Source of the DNA: Promethearchaeota archaeon
GTDB taxonomy: Archaea; Asgardarchaeota; Heimdallarchaeia; Hodarchaeales; Hodarchaeaceae
Assembly (NCBI GenBank): GCA_048938105.1
Contig: JBHLMN010000002.1
Span: forward strand, 160,001 to 224,000
Length of the DNA: 64,000 nucleotides
Reading direction: 5' to 3'
Each line of letters opens with the position of its first letter. Within the stretch, counting starts at the first letter, position 1. Positions 40,130-50,068 of this stretch are shown piece by piece. The notes beneath the pieces were generated by a model, which was given only the letters and a program-made list of their open reading frames with translations, ran no database searches and was not told the DNA's origin. The position numbers were made by a program, and so were the translations under genes.

Positions 40130-40918
40130 ATGGACTTTGAGCTTTATGAAAAAGTTGCGCTAGTAGCTGCTTCCAGTACAGGACTAGGAAAAGCAGTTGC
40201 CATAGGATTGGCAGAAGAGGGTGCTAATGTTATTATCTGTTCAAGAGATCCAAATAAACTAAAATTGGTACAACAAGAAATTCAAGAAAAGGAGAGAAGA
40301 TGTCTTGCTATTCCTACAGATCTAACTAATTATTCCCAGGTGCGAGACCTAGTGACTAAGAGTATAGAATATTTTGGGAAGATTGACATTTTGGTTACTA
40401 ACTGTGGCGGTCCTCCCTCTGGGGGTTTTTTGGATTTTCAAATAGAAGATTGGAACTTGGCAATTGATTTAAACCTTATGTCTACGATTTATTTATGCAA
40501 AGAAGTTATTCCATACATGATAAACCAAAATCGTGGACGAATCATTATGATAACTAGTGTTTCTGTAAAGCAACCTATACAAGGGCTTATTCTTTCAAAT
40601 GTTGCCCGAGCGGGAGTTGCTGGATTAGCAAAGAGTTTAAGTAATGAATTTGGAAGAAATAATATACTTGTGAATATAGTTTGTCCAGGATACACGCAAA
40701 CACAACGCGTTAATCAACTTGCTATAGATTTATCTGTTGAACAGGGATTGAAACCAGAAGAAATGATCCAAAAATGGGCAAAACTGAATGCTTTAGGACG
40801 GATAGCAACCCCCGAAGAATTTGCGAATGTAGTTGTATTTCTCGCGTCTGAAAGAGCCAGTCACTTAACAGGAACAGCTATTCAGATCGATGGAGGACTT
40901 GTAAAATCCCTCTTATGA
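40130..40918 (+). CDS. SDR family oxidoreductase
   Basis: AASSTGLG, DILVTNCGGP, SNVARAG, VCPG and IDGG. Confidence 0.9.
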   Translation: MDFELYEKVALVAASSTGLGKAVAIGLAEEGANVIICSRDPNKLKLVQQEIQEKERRCLAIPTDLTNYSQVRDLVTKSIEYFGKIDILVTNCGGPPSGGFLDFQIEDWNLAIDLNLMSTIYLCKEVIPYMINQNRGRIIMITSVSVKQPIQGLILSNVARAGVAGLAKSLSNEFGRNNILVNIVCPGYTQTQRVNQLAIDLSVEQGLKPEEMIQKWAKLNALGRIATPEEFANVVVFLASERASHLTGTAIQIDGGLVKSLL

Positions 40919-40930
40919 AAGAAAATGGGG

Positions 40931-41698
40931 CTATTTAAATTTGGCTTTTCTTTTCTCCAAAAATGCAGAGACTCCTTCTTCCATATCCTCGTGAGAGAAA
41001 CAAAGTGAGAAAATATTTGCTTCCATTTGTATAGCATCAAGTAAAGCCATTTCTGCTCCACGATCGATAGCTTCCTTTGCTTGTGATAAGGCAAAACTTG
41101 GACCGCGAGCTAGTTTTTGAGCTAATTCAGCCACTGTTGAATCTAGGTCTTCTGGGCTAACTACTTTATTTACAAGGCCAATGGCGAAAGCTCTATCAGA
41201 GTCAATGTTGTTTCCAAGGAAAATCATTTCTTTAGCCACGGTCTTACCAACTAATCGAGGAAGGCGTTGTGTTCCACCAGCACCAGGAATAATACCCAAT
41301 TTTATCTCTGGTTGACCAAATAATGCTTTAGATGAAGCAATTCTTAAGTCACATGCCATGGCTAATTCACAACCCCCTCCTAAGCAAAAGCCATTAATGG
41401 CTGCGATCACAGGAATCTCAAGAAGTTCAATATTGTTTAAAGCTCGTTGCAATCTTAATGAAAATGATTTAATTTGAGCAGCTGTTTTTCCTCGAAATTC
41501 ATTTATGTCAGCACCAGCAATAAAAGCTCTTCCTGATCCTTTAAAAACTAGAACTCGAACCTTTTCAGTCTTTACCTTTTCAATAGCTTGATTTATTTCT
41601 TCTATAGTCTCTGTGTTGAGAGCATTAAGGGCTTTCTCTCGAATAAAGGTAACAGTAGCGATTCCTTCAGTCACTTCATAAGTTAGATTTTTATACAT
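40931..41698 (-). CDS. Enoyl-CoA hydratase/crotonase
   Basis: LNALN, AFIAGADI, INGFCLGGGCELAMACD and QPEIKLGIIPGAGGTQRL. Confidence 0.93.
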   Translation of the reverse strand: MYKNLTYEVTEGIATVTFIREKALNALNTETIEEINQAIEKVKTEKVRVLVFKGSGRAFIAGADINEFRGKTAAQIKSFSLRLQRALNNIELLEIPVIAAINGFCLGGGCELAMACDLRIASSKALFGQPEIKLGIIPGAGGTQRLPRLVGKTVAKEMIFLGNNIDSDRAFAIGLVNKVVSPEDLDSTVAELAQKLARGPSFALSQAKEAIDRGAEMALLDAIQMEANIFSLCFSHEDMEEGVSAFLEKRKAKFK

Positions 41699-41852
41699 GA
41701 TTTTTCCCTATAACTGATTTTGAGTGGTACCAAGCGCTTAAACATAAATGTTCAAATATTTTTGCATAAATAATCAGGATTCAGCAAACATTTAGTTATA
41801 TTCTAATCATTATTAAGAAACTGATAAAATCTACCTAAATTGAGTGGAAAAA

Positions 41853-42412
41853 ATGACTTTATATGAATTCGAAGGAAAACAGCCGAGAATTGCAAGAACT
41901 GCGTTTATTTTTCCATCGGCAGACATTAACTAGATAGTATCTGTTAACTGTAAATTATAGGAAAAGTAACTATAGGGGAAAATTGTTTCATTGGCCCCAA
42001 CGCTGTTCTACGCGGAGATTGGGGATACATTGAAATTGGAAACGGTTCCAATATACAGGATACCTGTGTTATTCACTCAATCCCAGACGAAGGGACTATT
42101 TTAGGTGAAGACTGTCATATTGGGCACGGTGCTGTTGTTCATCAAGCGGAATTAGGAAAACATGTATTAGTAGGTAAAAATGCTGTAATAATGAACCGAG
42201 CGAAGATTGGAGACGATTGTATAATCGGTAGCGGTTGTGTTGTCCCCCAAAACAAAATAGTTGAAGCTAATAGTCTTGTACTTGGTGTTCCAGGCAAAGT
42301 TATAGGAAAAGTTTCAGAAAATCAGAAGAATTATAGCTTAAACGCAACTAAACTTTATCAAACGTTACCTAAACGCTATCACGCAAGCTTAAAGCTCCTT
42401 AAAAATCATTGA
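41853..42412 (+). CDS. Gamma carbonic anhydrase family (CaiE/YrdA/PaaY-like) protein, join(41853..41924,41954..42412), 176 aa after removal of a 29-nt intron
   Basis: Exon 1 MTLYEFEGKQPRIARTAFIFPSAD joins exon 2 IIGKVTIGENCFIGPNAVLRGDWGYIEIGNGSNIQDTCVIH...HIGHGAVVH...LVLGVPGKV; the three His ligands are intact. Confidence 0.88.
41925..41953 (+). other. Candidate bulge-helix-bulge intron in a protein-coding gene
   Basis: GCAG(41919-22)/CTGT(41948-51) 4-bp helix, bulges ACA and AAA, intron stem TTAAC/GTTAA and a long exon-exon stem. Cuts after the second bulge nucleotide restore the frame. Confidence 0.8.
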
Positions 42413-42648
42413 TAAGGAGAAAAACTAAAATTGCGTTAACGGACGATAAACTGAAAATTATTAAGATAATTCATAAGCCATAACAAATCAAGAAGAAAAA
42501 AAAGAAAAATACCATATATAAAACTTAGTTCGTTTATAGCGCGTTAGAAAGACTTAATTTGTAAGTGCGTGCTAAATTATGGGGTTTGAAATTTATTCAG
42601 GAAGTGTCTCCTTTCTTGAAATTTATTTAGGAAGCGAAAATCAAGAGG

Positions 42649-44109
42649 TTGATAAGAATGATCACAAAAACGAAGATAGTTTGCACAATTGGCCCAGCAT
42701 CAGAGAAACCAGATGTTTTTAAGAAATTATTTGAAGCAGGAATGGACGTTTGTCGTCTTAATTTCAGTCATGGGTCTTATTCAGATCATCGAGCTCGTTT
42801 TGAACTTATTAAAGATATTAGTGACGATCTTGCGGTTTTAGTTGATTTGTGTGGACCAAAAATTCGAACTGGAGAAGTGAAAGAAGGAACTGTAATTAAA
42901 ACAGGACAAGAATTCAAGATTTCTGCAGACATCAATGTAGAAGGCAATTCAAAGATCTGTACAACTAATTATCCACCTCTTATAGAGGATGCACAGGTAG
43001 GACATCATCTGGCGATCGATGATGGGTTACTACTACTGAAAGTTACAAAAAAGACAAAAACTGAGCTAGTTTGCACAGTATTGAACGGTGGCCCTTTGAA
43101 ATCGAGAAAGGGAATTAATGCTCCAGATGTACCATTATCATTGTATTTCCCTCTAGAAAAGGACTTGCAAGATATCCGTTATGTTATACGAAAATTAGAT
43201 GTTGATTTCTTCGCAGCATCTTTTGTACGAAGAAAAGAAGACATTCTGAAAATAAGAGAAATATTAGATGAGGTACATTCCCCTATCGGTATTATTAGTA
43301 AAATTGAGCATCGTGATGCAATAGACAATTTTGATGAAATACTTGAAGTATCAGATGGAATTATGGTGGCTAGAGGGGATTTAGGGATAGAGATTCCTAC
43401 AGAACAGGTGCCTATTGTACAAAAGGATCTGATTTCTAAATGTAATCGCATTGGTAAGCCCGTTATTGTAGCCACTCAGATGTTAGAATCAATGATTAAC
43501 AATCCACGTCCAACACGAGCTGAAGCATCAGATGTAAGTAATGCAATTTTAGATGGCGCTGACGCGGTCATGTTATCTGGAGAAACTGCTGTAGGGAAAT
43601 TTCCAGTTGAAGCAGTTCAATATATGGAGCGAATAGCTAAAGCTGCAGAAGATCATGGATTTAGCCGTCCAATTGGTTATGGTATCAAACAGCCCTCTAT
43701 AACCGAAGTATTTGGACGGGGAGTCTATATAATAAGTAAGGAAGACCATTTGAATATCAAAGCTATTCTTACAAATACAAGAAGAGGTTCAACAGCAAGA
43801 CTTGTAGCAAAATATAGGCCAAAAACTCCTATCATAGCAGGCACTCCCTATCCATCAACCAAGCGTCAATTAAATCTTGTTTGGGGAGTATATCCAATAC
43901 AAGTTGAAGTAACGAATTCATCGAATAAACTAAAATACTTATTAGCCAAAGAAGCGCACGAGAGAGGCATCTTGAACCCTGAAGATCAGGTACTTATCAT
44001 TGGTGGCAGTCTCTTAGGTTTTCCAGCAGCAACAAACCTAATTCAAACGATGAAAGTGGACGATATTCTCCTTTTCGGACAACAACTCAGACAACCATTG
44101 ATGGGATAA
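42649..44109 (+). CDS. pyk: Pyruvate kinase
   Basis: TKIVCTIGPAS, RLNFSHG, ISKIE, GIMVARGDLG, ATQMLESM and DAVMLSGETA. Confidence 0.96.
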   Translation: MIRMITKTKIVCTIGPASEKPDVFKKLFEAGMDVCRLNFSHGSYSDHRARFELIKDISDDLAVLVDLCGPKIRTGEVKEGTVIKTGQEFKISADINVEGNSKICTTNYPPLIEDAQVGHHLAIDDGLLLLKVTKKTKTELVCTVLNGGPLKSRKGINAPDVPLSLYFPLEKDLQDIRYVIRKLDVDFFAASFVRRKEDILKIREILDEVHSPIGIISKIEHRDAIDNFDEILEVSDGIMVARGDLGIEIPTEQVPIVQKDLISKCNRIGKPVIVATQMLESMINNPRPTRAEASDVSNAILDGADAVMLSGETAVGKFPVEAVQYMERIAKAAEDHGFSRPIGYGIKQPSITEVFGRGVYIISKEDHLNIKAILTNTRRGSTARLVAKYRPKTPIIAGTPYPSTKRQLNLVWGVYPIQVEVTNSSNKLKYLLAKEAHERGILNPEDQVLIIGGSLLGFPAATNLIQTMKVDDILLFGQQLRQPLMG

Positions 44110-44131
44110 GCAAAAGGATCGGAAGATTCAA

Positions 44132-45358
44132 TTGAGTAAACGAAATATCATTCATGCTGCAAAAGAACTAAGGAATGTCGCTACTGAATACTACCAGAAA
44201 TTAGATTATGCAGCGAAAGATCCTTCAAAAAAAGTTGCTTGGTGTTCGAGTGTTGGGCCAGCAGAGCTCTTATTGGCCTTTGATTTTAGAGTCTATTATC
44301 CTGAAAACCATACAGCAATGCTTGGCGCTAGCCGAACTGCAAATGAGTACATACCTACTGCTGTCGCGCTGGGGTATTCACCAGAAATATGTTCATACCT
44401 CACAAGCGACATTGGTGCATTCCTAATGAAAAAGACGGCGTTAACTAAGGCATATGGCGTTGAAGAAGTCCCAAAACCAGACGTACTCGTATATAATACC
44501 AATCAATGTAGAGATATTCAAGAATGGTTTGCGTTTTATGCTCGTTATTATAAGGTACCGTTGTTAGGGATTCACTCTCCAAAAAATATTGAGGAAGTCG
44601 ATCAGAGCCAGTTTATTTACGTAAAAGAACAATTGAAACAAATGAGCGAATCACTTGAAAAAATATCGGGAAATAGCTTTGAAAAGAAGAAATTAGAAAC
44701 CTCAGTTAGACTATCGCTTGAAACATCTGTTTTATGGACAGAAATTCTAGAAACAGCGGCAAATATTCCGTCTCCTCTTACATTCTTCGATGGATGTATT
44801 CATATGCTTCCAGCTGTTGTCCTACGAGGTGAGCAAATATCCATCGATTATTATAAGCTATTATTACGAGAACTTGAAGAACGAGTTAGTAATAAAATTG
44901 CAGCAGTCGAAGACGAAAAATATCGATTATATTGGGAAGGAATGCCAATTTGGGGGAAGTTGAGAGCCTTATCAGAGCAATTCATGGAATTAAAAGCATG
45001 TGTTGTTGCTTCTACATATTGCAACAGCTGGATATTCAATGATTTCAATCCTCAAGAACCCTTTGCAAGTATGGCTAAAGCTTATACGTCCTTATTTATC
45101 AATCGATCAGAAGAAATCAAAGAAAGATATTTACATGAAATGGTTAAAAAATACCAAATCGATGGTGTAATTTTTCATAACGCTCGAACGTGTCCTCATA
45201 ACTCTAATACTAGTTATGGTTTACCAAAACGGATTGAAGAACAAACCAAGGTACCAAACTTAGTGATTGATGCAGATCTCAATGACTTAAATGTTTATAG
45301 CGAAGAACAGACGAAGACAAATATTGAAGCCTTCATTGAACAGTTAGCTGGTATATAA
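44132..45358 (+). CDS. 2-hydroxyacyl-CoA dehydratase / benzoyl-CoA reductase subunit (HgdA/B family)
   Basis: YPENH, EICSY, NQCRD, WEGMPIW, RTCPH and IEAFIE. Confidence 0.88.
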   Translation: MSKRNIIHAAKELRNVATEYYQKLDYAAKDPSKKVAWCSSVGPAELLLAFDFRVYYPENHTAMLGASRTANEYIPTAVALGYSPEICSYLTSDIGAFLMKKTALTKAYGVEEVPKPDVLVYNTNQCRDIQEWFAFYARYYKVPLLGIHSPKNIEEVDQSQFIYVKEQLKQMSESLEKISGNSFEKKKLETSVRLSLETSVLWTEILETAANIPSPLTFFDGCIHMLPAVVLRGEQISIDYYKLLLRELEERVSNKIAAVEDEKYRLYWEGMPIWGKLRALSEQFMELKACVVASTYCNSWIFNDFNPQEPFASMAKAYTSLFINRSEEIKERYLHEMVKKYQIDGVIFHNARTCPHNSNTSYGLPKRIEEQTKVPNLVIDADLNDLNVYSEEQTKTNIEAFIEQLAGI

Positions 45359-45433
45359 CAGGGTAATTATCAATATGTAGGTATTAGCAATTATTGAATC
45401 TAATAAATTATGGTAATCTGGGAGATAAACTGC

Positions 45434-48400
45434 CTAAATATATTTTCGTTTAAACTTTCTTATTAGAACTAGAATTGATAATAATATCAACGCCTCAATT
45501 ATCCAATACCCAGATGCTGGTTTCTTAGTTTCTGTTGTAATTTCCTCACTTACAATTGAAATTTCTACTGTATCACTCGCAACATTGCCAGAAGTGTCAA
45601 AAATTTGAACTTCTATGATGAAGATACCCTCCGACCAGCCAGTTACTGTCAAACTTATCTCATGACTACTACTCGTCCATTCATCTGCTCTTATTTTTTC
45701 ACCATCTAATTTTATTATAATGCTTTCTGGATGCAGATCATAGATCTGCCAAGTTATCACAGCATTTGGATCACCTTTAGCAAATCCACAGTCAGCTATA
45801 TGCTGTATTATTGGTGTTGTAATATCAACTACTGTTACAACAGTTGAGCTGCTGTGAGAAAGTCCAAACTCATCATTTACAGTTAATATATAGCTGTAAG
45901 CTCCCAATTCTAATCCATCTATTGAAATTGTTACATTTCCCACATCATACGAACCACTTTCTAACAATGTATTGTTTCGATATATTGAATATATTGAGGG
46001 ATTAGCCTCTAAAATTTCCCAAGTAAGATAATTTCCTGTTGAACCCTCAGAATAAACGATATTTGGTGGTGATCTAATGTATGGAGGAGTAAAATCGGTC
46101 ACTTCTACTGGTACTGTATAATCATCAGTATTTCCAGTCTCATCACTGACAACCAACTTATAATTAACCGTACCTGGTGTATAAATATCAATCTGTACAA
46201 ATACAATTAGATAGTCATTTGTTAATGAACCAGTTTCTATTAATGTGTTATCTTGATAGAGATAATATGTATCTGGATAGGTCTCTGTGATAATAAATTC
46301 AAACCAATCTGCTGTGTATAGGGGTTCGTATTGAATTGCTTCTATTGGCCAGATATAAGGTGATAATATATCATTGATAGTAACATCAACAGATGATTCT
46401 GCGAAATTTCCGCTGAAATCAAAGAAAAACCCAGTAAAAGTATAAGTTCCTGGAGATAATCCCAAAATTGGCACATCAATTGTATTATTTCCTTGTAACC
46501 AACTCCCTTTATCTACTATTTCACCATCCTGATAGATTTCAAAATAACCAGGTTGAGGGTCGTTATCCTGAATTTCCCAAAATGGTGCTTGTAATTGTGA
46601 TATATTATGTTCATATAAACTGGAATCCTTAGCCATTCTGATAATATTGGGAATATCTAGATCATAGAGTGTAAGGATTGTATTAGTTTCAAGAGAATGG
46701 TTTGATAGGTCATAAACAATTATTGAGATGTTATTTTCACCAATTTTTAAATTTAAGTCATCCACATTGAACTGAATCAGCTCATTTGATGCCCAACTAC
46801 CTTCTTGTATAATGTCGGAATCCAACCACAGTTCATATCTATCGGGAAAAGCATCTGAAGAATTTATTGAAATAAATTCGCCCTGAGAATGAATCGCTGA
46901 AGATTGAAAGCCTTGATGTAATACTGGACTGGAAAGATCGTCAGGACTAACATTAACAATGATAGTTGAAGAAGCACTATTGGATCCCATATCTTGGACA
47001 AAAAGTGTGAAGTTATGGACTCCCACACCAAGTTTTTCAGGTTCGATAATACATTTGGTTCGGAAGGTTTCAGATTCATCAATTTCTTGTTCTATAAAGT
47101 ATTCTTTTAATGGAATTTTTGTTCCATTATGAAAAATACTAGCATTCAGTAAATATTCTTCCGAACAATTCCACGTGATTAGCTGTTGCTGTACATAATT
47201 CCTTGGCAGATTCAAAGTATCGATGAGTGGAGTGAGAGTAGGGTCACTAGTGTCTGGTGTTGTTATAGTCACCCATGCTTGTACACCTGAAATTTTTCCC
47301 GTAGTGTCATTGAAAGTAATGGTTACATTATAGAATCCTTCAGCTGTTATTAATGAGTTTGAACCCGTTACAGGAACCTGAATGGGTACCCCTTTGTACC
47401 ATTTATCTGAAAATTTCAGGCTTTCATTTATATAGATCTCATATGAATCATGAAAATCATCAAAAGCCACCCAAGAAGGTCCTAAACTCAATGGAGAGTA
47501 CGGATAAATCAATTCATCTGAGGAATAAAATGGTCTGACGTATTGAACACTTGGGGGGGTCTCATCGGGATCTAGGATAGTTAGAGTAACGTCCCCTACA
47601 TGGAACACTTCAGTACCACCACTTTCTTCAGATATTGCTTTAATCCGAAACATATATTCTCGAGGATCAACAATACTAGGATCAGGAATACTCAAGGTAA
47701 CGGTAATTATTTCGTAGTCTAAAGATTCCAGATGTGTAACTCTGTCTGGAAATGTTAAGTATCCATCCCAACCTTCTGAAACTAATGTGAAGTTATCTCT
47801 AGCATTGCCTGTATTATTCAGGATCATGGTGAAATTATAGGCGTAGTTAGCATGAAGTGTTTCTTCGATTGGTGTTATAGATGATTTCAGGTCATATACA
47901 GTTGTAAAATTTAAAAATAGGACATATTTCTGAATTATTGTAGGATCTCGTAAGCTCCTAGCTTGTATGTGTAAAGAATAAATTCCTGGAGATGGAAACA
48001 CATCGCCAAGTAAGAAATTAAATCCATATTGACCATTAAAATATTGACCTGAACCTGATGCATACGGGTCAAGAATGTAAACACTATCCCATGTCTTATT
48101 AATAGTATCAGTGTATAAAGTAGCATTTATGAAGAATGTATCGTTCATATTTCCTGCATTACTACCAAAATAATTGATGGGAATAAAATCTCCGTCTTGC
48201 ACAAGTATAACCTCAGAAAGATTATGATCGAGATTAAAGAACATGTCAGTGTATTCTGGAACTGTAACTGTAACTTCTTCTGTTGTTGAGGGATTTGGTA
48301 AATCTAAATACGTTTTCGCGTTGCTAGTTGCGGTAATAGTAAAATTTTGATCTCCTGGAGGCACCTCAAAATATTTAGGAGCTTGTACAATCAATGTAGC

Positions 48401-50068
48401 ATTAGTTGGTGTGGAACCAATTTCATATCTAGGATTTCTGCGCAGGAAGAAGGCAGAATAACCTTTAGGTAATCCAGAAATTTCCAGTTCGACAGTATCA
48501 GACCTTCCTCCATTTTGTAGCCTTATTTCATATATCTGATCATATTCATTAAGAGTTGTAAGAGTTCCCTGTCCTTGATCGGGAAATATGTTTGTAATAC
48601 TCATATTAAAGTCATAGGCATCACTAGATGTGTATGAAAAATCAGAAGTAGAGTAAGAAAATTGTGTTGGAATGTTTATACTACCTAAGCTCAATGGTAG
48701 AAGATCTATCTCAAATTCACCAAAAATGTCCTCTAGAGGGAGCTTAAATCCCTTAAATTCAAGATTTTTCAGACCGATAAAAAAGGTTGGTGTTAGAATC
48801 ACTTTACTAGCGTGATATTTCAATTTTGATACCACTAATTTTAGAAACAGTTCTTCTGTATCAGGAACTCTGAATTTCATTGATTTAGTTTCGCCAGTAG
48901 ACGTCCAAGCTGTTTCTTTAGTAAATTCAGTGTCACCAGTGGATGCTGTTAATTTTCCCTGAACTTTATCACCTTTAACTGTAAGACTGCCAAGACCAAT
49001 GCCTGCTCTTAAGAATTTAGCCATTTCTTTCATTATAATATTTTTTGATATATTTAACAGATTAATCTTGCCTGGGAGACTCATTGTAACGGTTTCTCCA
49101 GATAATGGAGTTTTGTAACTTTCATGTTCATTAATATCAACTCCTACTCCCTGACCATAAATTCCTACCCACTTCCAATCCAATTCGGGAACTGTTATTC
49201 TAAATTTTATCCCAAAGATTTTGACTGTTTTCCTTTTCCATCTAAGCACTGGAATGTTTATTTGTACTTCAAAACCAAATCCTATTTGAATAGTACATTG
49301 AAATTCATCATAACCAGATAGATTTATAGGATCTACTGTACACTTGAGATCGTATTGTGCACCTTTTATTACTTCTTTTGGATGTTCTATTGTCACGTTT
49401 ATTGGAAAGCTAAAATGAAATTTAACATTAAAAATCGCATACGCATAAAATCGAATTAGTCCAAGACTAATTATAATTTCCTTTCTAAAACCAGGTAATT
49501 CAAAGTTAAGACCAATATTAACCGTTTCAGAACGAGTATAAACACTTGGTACAAAATCTTCGGTTTTGGATCTAATTGGCACAATTATATCATTAGTTTC
49601 TGATAATTCTGCTTCTACCAGTTCCACACGAGGTTTTCCTGTAAATCTTGTTTCTTCAATTATTTCACGTCCATCTTCATATGTTTTTTTGCAAAATTCA
49701 TAATTTGAACCACTTTGTCTATACACTTCATTATTGCCTATCCATTTTCCATTAGAACTAGGATAGACTGCTGAATTAACCCAATCTTCAAAGTACGAAG
49801 ACTTGAAGGCGTCAGTTATGTTCGTTAAATCATCTGAAGGAAGGTGTAATGAAAAATTCTTAGGATTCCAGGTTTCTGATAAATAATTATAAGTATCATT
49901 AGAGATGTGTTCTTCATCAAAATATTCTTGGAGTATAGATTTTTCTTTTGAATAACTTTTTCTCACAGGATTTTCAATAATATTATTTGAAAAGGAAAGA
50001 AGGATTGTTAAAATTAAAATACAACCGAAAATTCTTGTTTTATAGTAGCAAATTTGATTAAATCTCAT
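45434..50068 (-). CDS. Giant cell-surface protein with Ig-like repeats and C-terminal sorting/TM signal
   Basis: N-terminal signal; repeated D-x-x-x-P...W...Y-x-I-Y...G-x-W...G-x-Y Ig units; C-terminal ASGYW-TM-RKFKRK. Confidence 0.85.
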   Translation of the reverse strand: MRFNQICYYKTRIFGCILILTILLSFSNNIIENPVRKSYSKEKSILQEYFDEEHISNDTYNYLSETWNPKNFSLHLPSDDLTNITDAFKSSYFEDWVNSAVYPSSNGKWIGNNEVYRQSGSNYEFCKKTYEDGREIIEETRFTGKPRVELVEAELSETNDIIVPIRSKTEDFVPSVYTRSETVNIGLNFELPGFRKEIIISLGLIRFYAYAIFNVKFHFSFPINVTIEHPKEVIKGAQYDLKCTVDPINLSGYDEFQCTIQIGFGFEVQINIPVLRWKRKTVKIFGIKFRITVPELDWKWVGIYGQGVGVDINEHESYKTPLSGETVTMSLPGKINLLNISKNIIMKEMAKFLRAGIGLGSLTVKGDKVQGKLTASTGDTEFTKETAWTSTGETKSMKFRVPDTEELFLKLVVSKLKYHASKVILTPTFFIGLKNLEFKGFKLPLEDIFGEFEIDLLPLSLGSINIPTQFSYSTSDFSYTSSDAYDFNMSITNIFPDQGQGTLTTLNEYDQIYEIRLQNGGRSDTVELEISGLPKGYSAFFLRRNPRYEIGSTPTNATLIVQAPKYFEVPPGDQNFTITATSNAKTYLDLPNPSTTEEVTVTVPEYTDMFFNLDHNLSEVILVQDGDFIPINYFGSNAGNMNDTFFINATLYTDTINKTWDSVYILDPYASGSGQYFNGQYGFNFLLGDVFPSPGIYSLHIQARSLRDPTIIQKYVLFLNFTTVYDLKSSITPIEETLHANYAYNFTMILNNTGNARDNFTLVSEGWDGYLTFPDRVTHLESLDYEIITVTLSIPDPSIVDPREYMFRIKAISEESGGTEVFHVGDVTLTILDPDETPPSVQYVRPFYSSDELIYPYSPLSLGPSWVAFDDFHDSYEIYINESLKFSDKWYKGVPIQVPVTGSNSLITAEGFYNVTITFNDTTGKISGVQAWVTITTPDTSDPTLTPLIDTLNLPRNYVQQQLITWNCSEEYLLNASIFHNGTKIPLKEYFIEQEIDESETFRTKCIIEPEKLGVGVHNFTLFVQDMGSNSASSTIIVNVSPDDLSSPVLHQGFQSSAIHSQGEFISINSSDAFPDRYELWLDSDIIQEGSWASNELIQFNVDDLNLKIGENNISIIVYDLSNHSLETNTILTLYDLDIPNIIRMAKDSSLYEHNISQLQAPFWEIQDNDPQPGYFEIYQDGEIVDKGSWLQGNNTIDVPILGLSPGTYTFTGFFFDFSGNFAESSVDVTINDILSPYIWPIEAIQYEPLYTADWFEFIITETYPDTYYLYQDNTLIETGSLTNDYLIVFVQIDIYTPGTVNYKLVVSDETGNTDDYTVPVEVTDFTPPYIRSPPNIVYSEGSTGNYLTWEILEANPSIYSIYRNNTLLESGSYDVGNVTISIDGLELGAYSYILTVNDEFGLSHSSSTVVTVVDITTPIIQHIADCGFAKGDPNAVITWQIYDLHPESIIIKLDGEKIRADEWTSSSHEISLTVTGWSEGIFIIEVQIFDTSGNVASDTVEISIVSEEITTETKKPASGYWIIEALILLSILVLIRKFKRKYI

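Noticed and set aside
41925-41957. The 29-nt insert as a transposon footprint or mini-MITE with ATTA target duplication
   Set aside because: This is possible because ATTA is repeated, but it would not explain the exon-intron 4-bp helix, the two exact 3-nt bulges, and cut sites matching the frame-restoring excision. Kept only as the alternative hypothesis.
42191-42412. 73 aa ORF as a stand-alone gene
   Set aside because: It is the C-terminal part of exon 2 of the gamma-CA gene.
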